64,000 nucleotides of DNA. It comes from Sedimentisphaerales bacterium. Lineage in GTDB: Bacteria > Planctomycetota > Phycisphaerae > Sedimentisphaerales > SM23-30. The DNA lies in assembly GCA_963666285.1 (NCBI GenBank), contig OY762711.1, one strand, 5' to 3'. Every line of letters begins with the position of its first letter. Within the stretch, counting starts at the first letter, position 1. Position numbers and translations under genes: made by a program. The notes under the pieces are model-generated. The model made no database searches. It was not told where the DNA came from and saw only the letters and a list, made by a program, of their open reading frames with translations. Of this stretch, positions 1 to 8,931 are shown one piece after another.

Positions 1-1
1 C

Positions 2-1093
2 AAACCGTTCTCAAATGACAGCATCAACGATGCCATCGATCATTCTCATAAAATTATCAATACGCTCTGCATCGAAGACGATGCCATGAGCTATCTCATC
101 AAAGCGGCTAACCACAAGGACCATGACGTCTCCGTCCATATGGCCAACAACGCTACCCTTATGATGAGCTTTGTATTAAAAGCGGGACTACTTGAGAAGA
201 ATACTTTATCTGTTCTTGGCGCAGGAGCTCTCCTGGAGGATATCGGAAAAATGCTGCTGCCGAAAGAACTTCTCGACAAAACAGAAAAACTCACCGAGCA
301 GGAAAGAAAGACACTAGAGAACCATGTACAGCTGGGTGTCAATCATCTCAAATTGATTGACAACCTTGATGATGAAATACTCAATATTGTAAAATATCAT
401 CACGAACGATTCGACGGCTCCGGATACCCCGAACAGCTCAAGAAGGATCAGATCCCTCTTATGGGCCAGGTAGCAGGACTGATTGATTGCTTCGAAGCTA
501 TGATTTCAGCCAGGCCTTATCGGCCAAAACCATTAACGGTCGAGCAGGCTCTGGAAGAAATGGAAACTACAATGAAAGATCTGTTCGATCCGGATCTGTT
601 AAAATGCTTCAGCGGATTTGTCAGATTCCATCTGCTGGACGATAAAAAGATTTCGGACGATGAGATGCTCAACTGCGATATATCTGCGTTACGCATTCTC
701 GACAGAAAATCCAACCCGTCCGGTCGCCGTCATGACCGCGAGTACCTCAGAAAAAACGGGAAAGTCAATACCCTCAGCTATACCGATGATAAATGGATAT
801 CAAAAGATACCGGAAAAATAACTGTTTATAATATCTCCCGGTCCGGCATAGGGTTCCTCTCCCAAAAACCATTCGAGGAAAATAAACTCGTACAGGTACT
901 CGTCGATGTCGATAACAAAAAGGTGCCGCTCGTCGCCAAAACCGTTCGCACCAGCCGCCACCAGAGAGACTGGTACACTATCGGCGCTTCGTTCCTCCGC
1001 ACCCATACCAGGACAGAATTCCGCAAGCTCATGAACCAGCTGCACAACAAACCTATACCAGTTGCCGCCGCTGCCCACGAAGAAGAATATTAA
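2..1093 (+). CDS. HD-GYP domain protein with C-terminal PilZ domain (5'-truncated by window edge)
   Basis: Frame is open from position 2. HHERFDGSGYP motif; HD site reads LLEDIGK; RPYR motif; C-terminal RRHDR (RxxxR) and NISRSG (D/NxSxxG) PilZ motifs. Confidence 0.85.
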   Translation, partial: KPFSNDSINDAIDHSHKIINTLCIEDDAMSYLIKAANHKDHDVSVHMANNATLMMSFVLKAGLLEKNTLSVLGAGALLEDIGKMLLPKELLDKTEKLTEQERKTLENHVQLGVNHLKLIDNLDDEILNIVKYHHERFDGSGYPEQLKKDQIPLMGQVAGLIDCFEAMISARPYRPKPLTVEQALEEMETTMKDLFDPDLLKCFSGFVRFHLLDDKKISDDEMLNCDISALRILDRKSNPSGRRHDREYLRKNGKVNTLSYTDDKWISKDTGKITVYNISRSGIGFLSQKPFEENKLVQVLVDVDNKKVPLVAKTVRTSRHQRDWYTIGASFLRTHTRTEFRKLMNQLHNKPIPVAAAAHEEEY

Positions 1094-1200
1094 TATTTCG
1101 GCTTCAGCCATTTAAATCTACTACGCCGCCCTGCGGCACCAAACTCCAGACATTTTACCTCTTACTTCTCCCTCCTCGATTTTCTCTTCTCTCTTATTTT

Positions 1201-1458
1201 GCGTCAGCTTAAAAACAAGTCGTGAGCGACAGCGAATTATTCCTGACGTCAACGTACATCAGGACACATTAACTCTTCACCCGCTTGCGACATTCGAGGT
1301 ATACTTAGTTCTTCACTTTACATCATATTCATTCTGACTCTACTATAATAGTCCAATCGCACACATTGCAAAGCCTTAAAACAAGCCGTGAGCCGTCAGG
1401 CGAACTCCTCAACTCTTCACCCGCTTGCGACATGCGAAGCATACTTAGTTCTTCACTC
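1201..1458 (+). repeat. Two tandem copies of dispersed REP-like repeat family A
   Basis: TTAAAACAAGYCGTGAGC... and AACTCTTCACCCGCTTGCGACAT..GA.G.ATACTTAGTTCTTCACT occur at both 1201-1317 and 1373-1458. Confidence 0.85.
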
Positions 1459-1459
1459 A

Positions 1460-2875
1460 TCACTCATCATTCGGCCATCCGCCGCCTAACGATTTATACA
1501 AACTTATCAGGCTGGTACTGATCGCTCCCTGGCTTGAAACCTTCTGAGATTGCAAACTCAATAGCGAACGCTGTGCATCCAATACATTATTAAAATTCGT
1601 CAGGCCGTCGGCATATAATCCCTCTGCCAGCTTAACCGCTTCTGCTGCCGCTGCTTCCGCTGATTGCAATGCATCCAGCTTGTCCTGCTGCTGCTTCCAG
1701 GCCACCAGGGAATCCTTAACCTCTGCAACAGCATTCAAAACTGTCTCACGATATAGAGACTCATACTGCTGGTAGATCGCATCCTGAACCTCGATCTGGT
1801 TCTTGATATAATTACCGTCAAAAATGTTCCAGCCGATCGAAGGACCTATACTATAATAATCATTCCCGGCATCAAACATATTATCAAGACGAAACGCCTC
1901 ATAGCCGATCGAACCGTTCAGCCTGAACTTCGGATACAAATCTGACGTCACCTGTCCGATACGAGCATTCTGTGCTGCCAGCTGCCGCTCCGCTGAACGA
2001 ATGTCCGGGCGGTTACGTAACACATCCGCAGGAATTTTTACTAGCATATCAGAACTCACCGCCGGTATGGTTCCTTCTTCCGCAGCCAGATCGCTCAGCT
2101 CGCCCGGCATCTTACCCGTCAATACCGCCAGCTTATTGCTCGCCGATTCCACCGCACTTATCAACTCCGGGATAGTCGAACGGGTCGTCTCCATATTATA
2201 CTCGGCCTGCTTGACCGCCAGCCCGTCACTTAGCCCGGCATCCATTCTCGACTTCAAAAGTTGAAGTGTCTCAGACTGGGCCTTCAGGTTATCATATGCC
2301 ACCTGCAGCTGCTGCTGGCTCGTCCTCAGATTCGTATATGTCAAAGCCGTCTCCGCTGCGAGTGTCACCCACACATCTGCCAGGTCTGCTTCCACTGTCT
2401 GCAAATCTGCCTGGGCCGCTTCCACAGCACGACGCCGACCGCCGAATATGTCCAGCTCCCAGCCCGCATCAAAACCGGCCGCATGAATGTCATAGGTACC
2501 GCCGTTGCCGCGAGTTTCAACACTATAGTTCGTCCGACTGTAGCTGCCGTTCAGGTCGAGGGTCGGATAGTTAAACGACTGTTCCATACCCAAAACCGCA
2601 CGAGCCTGTGTCACCCGCGCCTTCGCCTGCTGCAAACTGTTGTTCGACTCCAGTGTAGCAGTTATCAGCTCGGTCATTACCGGGTCATTAAAATTCTGCC
2701 ACCAGCTTACTATCGCCGCAGCATCTGCATCTTCTGACACAACAACCTGGGTACTTGTATCGAGCGACAATGTTAATTCTTCTTCATTAGGCTGCTTGTA
2801 ATCCGGGCCGACTGTACAACCCGCAGAAATCACTGCAGCAAACGCGTATAATACTATCTTTATTTTTCGTGACAT
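1460..2875 (-). CDS. RND efflux outer-membrane factor lipoprotein (NodT/OprM family)
   Basis: Likely start MSRKIK at 2875; lipobox ISAG-C, TVGPDY, WELDIFGG, PADVLRNRPDIRSAE, LYKSLGGGW. Confidence 0.93.
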   Translation of the reverse strand: MSRKIKIVLYAFAAVISAGCTVGPDYKQPNEEELTLSLDTSTQVVVSEDADAAAIVSWWQNFNDPVMTELITATLESNNSLQQAKARVTQARAVLGMEQSFNYPTLDLNGSYSRTNYSVETRGNGGTYDIHAAGFDAGWELDIFGGRRRAVEAAQADLQTVEADLADVWVTLAAETALTYTNLRTSQQQLQVAYDNLKAQSETLQLLKSRMDAGLSDGLAVKQAEYNMETTRSTIPELISAVESASNKLAVLTGKMPGELSDLAAEEGTIPAVSSDMLVKIPADVLRNRPDIRSAERQLAAQNARIGQVTSDLYPKFRLNGSIGYEAFRLDNMFDAGNDYYSIGPSIGWNIFDGNYIKNQIEVQDAIYQQYESLYRETVLNAVAEVKDSLVAWKQQQDKLDALQSAEAAAAEAVKLAEGLYADGLTNFNNVLDAQRSLLSLQSQKVSSQGAISTSLISLYKSLGGGWPNDE

Positions 2876-2882
2876 CAATATC

Positions 2883-5800
2883 TTACTCCTGTGTATCAAC
2901 AGTTCTATTTCCCTTAAACAATTCACGGATATTCTGGAACAATGCATACAGCCCCGGCACCAGCACTATACCGATAACCGTCGCCGCCAGCATACCGGCA
3001 AACACCGTCACACCTATCGACTTACGACTCGCGGCTCCGGCCCCCTGGGCTATTACCATCGGCAGCACACCAAGGATAAAGGTAAACGCCGTCATCAATA
3101 CTGCCCTGAATCGCTCGCGGGCACCATGGGCCGCAGAGTCGATCACCGATGCTCCGTTTTCATGGTCCACCTTGGAAAACTCAACGATCAGAATCGCGTT
3201 CTTACTCGCCAGGCCTACCAGCAGCACCAGCCCAAGCTGGGCATAAATCGACAACGCCTGACCCGCTATAATCAAACCTGCCAACGCTCCTAGAATAGCA
3301 ACCACTACCGACAATATTACCGGCACCGGAATACTCCAGCTTTCATACTGTGCCACCAGGAACAAATAGCCAAACACCAGTGCCATCGCAAAGATTATGC
3401 CGTTTCCGGTCGCGTTCTTCTCCTGGTAACTCAGGTCCGACCAGCTGTAACTGTATCCGTCCGGCAGAGACTCTTGCGATAATTTCTCCAGGGCCGCCAT
3501 CGCCTGGCCAGAACTCGTGCCCGGCATCATTAAAGCGGTCATACCAGCACTTGGAAACTGGTTAAACCTCGATATCGTACGCGGGGCTCGCTGCTTAACT
3601 ATTTTCACCATGGCCGAAACCGGGACAAGGTCGCCATCGTTATTCTTTACATATAAACCATTAATATCTTCCGGACTCTCGCGATCCTGCCAGTCGCCCT
3701 GAACTATTACACGGTTAACCTGCGTACCTACATTAATATCATTTACATAATACGAACCGAGATATGTCTGTAAGGTACTATAAACCCTCGACACCGGCAC
3801 ACCCAACGACTCGGCCTTGGTACGGTCCAGATCGATATATATATGCGGGGTATCTGCCGAATAGCCGCTAAACGCCATCATGATCTCCTGCTGTGCCATC
3901 ATCTGCATCTGCATCGCCTGCATTACAGTTTGCAGTTTCAGCGGGTCCGGGTCGCCGGTCGCCTGAAGCTGATAACTCAAACCACTTGTCACGCCCAATC
4001 CCATAATAGCCGGCGGTGCGATCAGGTTAATGTTGGCGTTGGGTATCGCGCCATACTGAGCGGTCAGCTTGCCCATTATAGTAGACAACTGAAGGTCCGG
4101 ACTCTTTCGCTTATCCCACGACTCCAGACCAATTACAATAAAGCCCATATTCTCACCGGTTCCGCTGAAACTGAAACCGGAAATCGCCAGTGTATAATCT
4201 ACGCCTTCGGTATCTGTTGCAATGTTTAGTGCCTTCTCCATTACCTCGTTCGTTCGTATCTGGCTCGCTCCCTCCGGCAGCTGCACCAATCCAAACAGCA
4301 CGCTCTGGTCTTCCTGCGGCAATAAACTTGTTGGCAGCATATTTACTACCTTATAGTTAATGGCTACAAATAATACCACTACAAATATTACAAGGGCAAA
4401 TCGACGTGCCAGCCATACCGAACCGGCCACATATCCGTTCCTGGTAACTTCCAGTATACCGTTAAACCAGCCCAGCGGACCGCGACGGTACAACTTCGTC
4501 GGCTTCAGTAATGTTGCACACAATGCCGGGCTCAATGTCAACGCGTTTATTGACGAGAATAAAACCGCCGTCGAAATCGTTACCGCAAACTGCTGATATA
4601 TCTTACCTGTTATACCCGGAATAAATCCTACCGGGACAAAAATCGCCAGCAGCACCAGCGTCGTCGCTATAATAGCGCCCGTTATCTGCTCCATGGCTTT
4701 TATCGTCGCCGCTTTATGCTCCAGGTCTTCTTCTTCCATGATATGCAGTACACGCTCAACTACTACAATCGCGTCATCAACTACCAGCCCGATCGCCAGC
4801 ACCAACGCAAACAACGTCAATGCATTAATACTGTATCCCAGTGCCATCAATACCGCAAATGTCGCCAGCAGTGATACTGGAATTGTTACCGACGGGATAA
4901 TGGTCGCCCGCCAATCCTGCAAAAACAGGTAACAGACAAATACCACCAAACCAAAAGTCAGCAGCAATGTAGAAACAATCTCTTCAATCGACGCCTCTAC
5001 ATAATCTGTCGAATCATATGCCATCTGACATACCATATCTTCCGGAAACTGCTCGCTCAGCTCGGCTATTGTCTTTTCGATATCGGCCATCGCGTCCAAC
5101 GCATTCGTTCCCGGGGTCTGACTTATCGCTATCGGAACCGCTATCTGACCCTGGTACTTCGCTGAAAATAAATACGAGTCCGCTCCAAGCTCAACTCGGG
5201 CAACATCCTTTAGCTTCACCACCGCTCCGTCTGAATTTGTCGATATTACTATATTCTCAAATTCTTCCGCGGTATTCAATCTACCTCTTGTCATAAGGGT
5301 ATATGTTATCTGCTGCTCGCCGCTGCCCGGTGCCGTTCCGATCGAACCGACAGACGCCTGGATATTCTGGCTCTGGATAGCTCCGATTATATCATCCGAT
5401 GTCAGGTTCATACTTGACGCTCGATCTGTATCAACCCAAACTCGCATACTGTATTTAGGGGCGTAAACCATCGCGCTGCCAACTCCGTCAATACGCTGCA
5501 ATGGCTTTACTATATAACGATATGCATAATCACTTAAAAACTGCTGATCGTAAGAGTTATTCGGTGACCGAATTACCATAAAGCCTAACATTGAGCTTGA
5601 CCTCGATGTTACACTTATGCCCATATTCGTTACTTCACTCGGCAGCCTCGGTGTCGCCTGCTGAATTCGGTTCTGGACCTTTACCTGTGCTATGTCAGGG
5701 TCGGTACCAACCTCAAATGTTACCGTCAATGAATACTCTCCGGTATTAGAGCATTGAGAGCTCATATAGATCATGCCCTCTACTCCGTTTACCTCATCTT

Positions 5801-5999
5801 CGATCGGCGACGCTACCGCATCCGACACCACCTGGGCACTCGCTCCGGGATAATTCGCTCTTACCTCTATCTGCGGCGGTGCTATCTCAGGATACATCGC
5901 TATCGGCAATCGAAGCATCGACAGTGTTCCGGCCAAAACCAGAACTATAGATATAACTCCGGCAAATCGCGGACGTTCTATAAATGTTCTTGATAACAT
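2883..5999 (-). CDS. RND efflux transporter, HAE1 family (AcrB/MexB-like)
   Basis: 1038 aa; FIERPRFA start, AIGLVVDDAIVVVE, GLASKNAILIVEF, RFRAVLMT. Confidence 0.96.
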   Translation of the reverse strand: MLSRTFIERPRFAGVISIVLVLAGTLSMLRLPIAMYPEIAPPQIEVRANYPGASAQVVSDAVASPIEDEVNGVEGMIYMSSQCSNTGEYSLTVTFEVGTDPDIAQVKVQNRIQQATPRLPSEVTNMGISVTSRSSSMLGFMVIRSPNNSYDQQFLSDYAYRYIVKPLQRIDGVGSAMVYAPKYSMRVWVDTDRASSMNLTSDDIIGAIQSQNIQASVGSIGTAPGSGEQQITYTLMTRGRLNTAEEFENIVISTNSDGAVVKLKDVARVELGADSYLFSAKYQGQIAVPIAISQTPGTNALDAMADIEKTIAELSEQFPEDMVCQMAYDSTDYVEASIEEIVSTLLLTFGLVVFVCYLFLQDWRATIIPSVTIPVSLLATFAVLMALGYSINALTLFALVLAIGLVVDDAIVVVERVLHIMEEEDLEHKAATIKAMEQITGAIIATTLVLLAIFVPVGFIPGITGKIYQQFAVTISTAVLFSSINALTLSPALCATLLKPTKLYRRGPLGWFNGILEVTRNGYVAGSVWLARRFALVIFVVVLFVAINYKVVNMLPTSLLPQEDQSVLFGLVQLPEGASQIRTNEVMEKALNIATDTEGVDYTLAISGFSFSGTGENMGFIVIGLESWDKRKSPDLQLSTIMGKLTAQYGAIPNANINLIAPPAIMGLGVTSGLSYQLQATGDPDPLKLQTVMQAMQMQMMAQQEIMMAFSGYSADTPHIYIDLDRTKAESLGVPVSRVYSTLQTYLGSYYVNDINVGTQVNRVIVQGDWQDRESPEDINGLYVKNNDGDLVPVSAMVKIVKQRAPRTISRFNQFPSAGMTALMMPGTSSGQAMAALEKLSQESLPDGYSYSWSDLSYQEKNATGNGIIFAMALVFGYLFLVAQYESWSIPVPVILSVVVAILGALAGLIIAGQALSIYAQLGLVLLVGLASKNAILIVEFSKVDHENGASVIDSAAHGARERFRAVLMTAFTFILGVLPMVIAQGAGAASRKSIGVTVFAGMLAATVIGIVLVPGLYALFQNIRELFKGNRTVDTQE

Positions 6000-6083
6000 A
6001 CTATTTCCTTTTTATTAGCCAGCTTATTGCTGCTTACTTTTTATCTTATATTAAGCTTTCGCCAGAAACTTACTTTCAAACCT

Positions 6084-6152
6084 GCTTTAATACAAGCCGT
6101 CCGCGAATGCGGATTATTCCTGATGTCAACGTACATCAAAACAACTTAATTC
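6084..6152 (+). repeat. REP-like repeat family A copy
   Basis: GCTTTAATACAAGCCGTCCGCGAATGCGGATTATTCCTGATGTCAACGTACATCA, near-identical to the 11337 copy. Confidence 0.85.
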
Positions 6153-6158
6153 TTCTCA

Positions 6159-7319
6159 TCACTTGCTAATTACTACTTCGCTTTCCGGACGAACCTTCTG
6201 CAAGCCCTGCACTATTATTTTGTCGCCTATCGCCAGGCCGCTCTCTACCACTATACCGCTCTGGGTTTCGCGGCCTGTAACAATCGGACGAATCTGCGCT
6301 TTACTCTCGGCATCTACTACATATACCAGGCTGCCCTTATCGGCACTCATTATCGCGGTATGCGGGATCACAATCCCTTCCGGTCGATCGTTATCTGTTA
6401 TCCGAACATTTACATAAGCGCCCGGCACAAGCCTTCGAGCTTTATTGTCAAACTTGGCACGAATCGCTATCGTAGCGGTCTTCTTATCTATCTGGTTATC
6501 TTCAAAATCAAAACCGCTGCCCTGGCTCAGCTCGGTTCCGTCCGGCAGGATAATAGAAACATTCAGACGGCCTTCCTTAAACTTATTCAAAATGTCATGG
6601 TACTCATCGTCATTCAGCGAAAATACTACGCGTACCGGGTCTGTCTTTACCACCCTGGCCAGTGTACCGCTGGCACTGCTGACATAATTTCCCTCGGTTA
6701 TCAATGCCTTACCGATATATCCATCAATCGGTGATACGATCTCGGTTCGGTTCAAATCGATCTCGGCCAGAGTTATATTTGCCTTGCTCGCCTGCACCAG
6801 GGCCTTGCCGCTCTCAACGCCGCTTACCGCATTATCCAGGTCCAGCTGCGAGATACTCTTGGGATCTGCCGACTTCAATCGTTTCAACAGCTTTTCCGCC
6901 TGCGACAGGCTCGCCTCCGCCTGCGACAGCTCGGCTTTACGAAGCTCTACCATCGCCTCGTACTGCTGCTTTTCAACCTTGAACAGAACCTGACCTTTTG
7001 TTACTTTCGTGCCCTCTTCAAAATTCACCGACTCCAAATATCCGCTTACCTGCGGCATAATATCTACGGTCTCCATCGCCTCAACGTAGCCGATATACTC
7101 CAGCGGAATATCGATAAAAGACTTTTCAGCCGATATCACATTCACTCCCGGAGCGCCGCCGCCGCCCATCATAGCTGCCATAGGGTTCGCGCCCGCTCCG
7201 GCTCCGGCCTGCTTCGCGGCATAATGTATCCCGCCCCAGAAGCACAGACCCATCAGTACCAACGCTATTACTATTCCTATCCCGGACTTACCTTTTTCAT
7301 TCTGTCTGTTATGTGACAT
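6159..7319 (-). CDS. RND membrane fusion (periplasmic adaptor) protein
   Basis: N-terminal TM helix, PQVSGYL, FEEGTKVTKGQVLF, IVSPIDG, LVPGAYV; adjacent to the RND transporter. Confidence 0.94.
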   Translation of the reverse strand: MSHNRQNEKGKSGIGIVIALVLMGLCFWGGIHYAAKQAGAGAGANPMAAMMGGGGAPGVNVISAEKSFIDIPLEYIGYVEAMETVDIMPQVSGYLESVNFEEGTKVTKGQVLFKVEKQQYEAMVELRKAELSQAEASLSQAEKLLKRLKSADPKSISQLDLDNAVSGVESGKALVQASKANITLAEIDLNRTEIVSPIDGYIGKALITEGNYVSSASGTLARVVKTDPVRVVFSLNDDEYHDILNKFKEGRLNVSIILPDGTELSQGSGFDFEDNQIDKKTATIAIRAKFDNKARRLVPGAYVNVRITDNDRPEGIVIPHTAIMSADKGSLVYVVDAESKAQIRPIVTGRETQSGIVVESGLAIGDKIIVQGLQKVRPESEVVISK

Positions 7320-7632
7320 AACTACTCCGTCTTTTATATATTAATATTATTCTTTTGTTAGTTTACCGTATAAAGCAAACCTGCTTTTACGACTGCTATT
7401 AATAACCAGTCCCGCCAACCTGTCGCCATGTAGCCTTGACGAAAGGGAAAGGCGTATACCTGGATTATTTATTATTTAATGTTACCTCTTCCCCGGCACC
7501 AGCCGATTTAAACTGGTGTGCCGCACCGCGGCTTTCCTCCCCTTATAACCTATACCTTAAACCATATCCAACTTTTTTTCCACATACCTCGCCATATTTT
7601 AGCTATTAACTTAATTTTATCTATGCCATACC

Positions 7633-8304
7633 CTAATCTAAACCTGCACTCTTACCTCTACTCTCTGTTTCGATTATTCCATTAAACACAATATTTACAA
7701 CCTTGGCCCAATGTTCCTCAACTGTCAGCTCTTCGCCGCTGAACGGGCAACGCTTCAAACACATCTCATCCATCACCCGAAATATCTGGTATTCTATCAT
7801 ACGCTTGGCATAAGATACATCCAAATCTGCTCGCAGCACGCCAAACGCCACACCTTTCTCCATATAATTCTCCAAAACATCCCAGATACTCACCATAGTC
7901 GGCAATATATTCTCCTGCCAAAGCGACTCATCGGCAAAATTCTCGCTTACCCTGTTTCGCAAAAACATCTTTACAAAATCACTATTAGCAACTCCAAACT
8001 CTAGCCTCGCAAAAACATAATCTGATATTGACTTTAGCGGATCTTCCACTTCTAACGCCAGCAGTTTTTCCTTAAAATCGATATTCTTCTCGGCATGCAT
8101 CTCAAATATACTACGGTATATCTCTTCCTTACCACCAAAAAAATTATACAAACTGCCAACCGAGCATTCATACTCACGGGCAATATCTTCCATCGTGCAT
8201 TCGTGATAACCATTCTGGGCAAAACACTTCTGCGCCGCCAGCAGTATTTCCTCACGTCGGCGCTTCTTTTCGCGCTCTTTTCTACTTATCTTATCTGCTG
8301 CCAT
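7633..8304 (-). CDS. TetR/AcrR family regulator
   Basis: RRREEILLAAQKCFAQNGYHECTMEDIARE...GSLYNFFGGKEEI HTH; heads the RND operon. Confidence 0.92.
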   Translation of the reverse strand: MAADKISRKEREKKRRREEILLAAQKCFAQNGYHECTMEDIAREYECSVGSLYNFFGGKEEIYRSIFEMHAEKNIDFKEKLLALEVEDPLKSISDYVFARLEFGVANSDFVKMFLRNRVSENFADESLWQENILPTMVSIWDVLENYMEKGVAFGVLRADLDVSYAKRMIEYQIFRVMDEMCLKRCPFSGEELTVEEHWAKVVNIVFNGIIETESRGKSAGLD

Positions 8305-8561
8305 ATTGTTCCATACTACGATCCATCATTTTCTTGTTTTGTAAGCATTCACAAGTGCGTTATTTGCGCCAGACTCTGTGTTTGCGGAGCTTTAAATATA
8401 GTTCGCGATAAGCGATACCATAGCTTATTTCTTTTTACTTATATCTTATTACTGTAACCGCGTGAACGGTTACCTTATTTTTATGTATCGTTTTTATTTA
8501 TAACGTTCATAACGTATTACAATATATATAATTGCAATGATTATTTAAGGAGCCGACATAT

Positions 8562-8637
8562 GCGCCAGCTTTAAAACAAGTCGTCCGCGAATGCGGACAC
8601 CTCAACTTTTCATTTTTCACTATTCATTTTTCATTTA
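8562..8637 (+). repeat. REP-like repeat family A copy
   Basis: GCGCCAGCTTTAAAACAAGTCGTCCGCGAATGCGGACACCTCAACTTTTCATTTTTCACTATTCATTTTTCATTTA; head shared with 11972, tail shared with 11396-11437. Confidence 0.85.
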
Positions 8638-8714
8638 GCATAGCTTACCTCTTACCTGTTCTTGTTTCATAATTCAACATCCATAATTCATATTTGAATA
8701 TTTTCCTTACTAAA

Positions 8715-8768
8715 TGAACAACTATTCATTAATATGAAGGATAATTCATTATACTGAATATATATTCA
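8715..8768. promoter_or_regulatory. Three TGAA-N6-TTCA palindromes at exact 20-bp period (putative TetR operators)
   Basis: Sites at 8715-8728, 8735-8748 and 8755-8768, upstream of the tetR-RND operon. Confidence 0.6.
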
Positions 8769-8931
8769 CCAGTCAAGCCACAAAATCAAAAAAAATCGCA
8801 AATCTCCTAAAAAAACCTCCCGCAAAACCACATAAACACCTTCTATAAAATAACTTAAAAAAACATAAAAATACCCACCATCACCCATTTTTTCCACTTC
8901 CAACCAACCCAAAACCGATAAATTAAATTGC

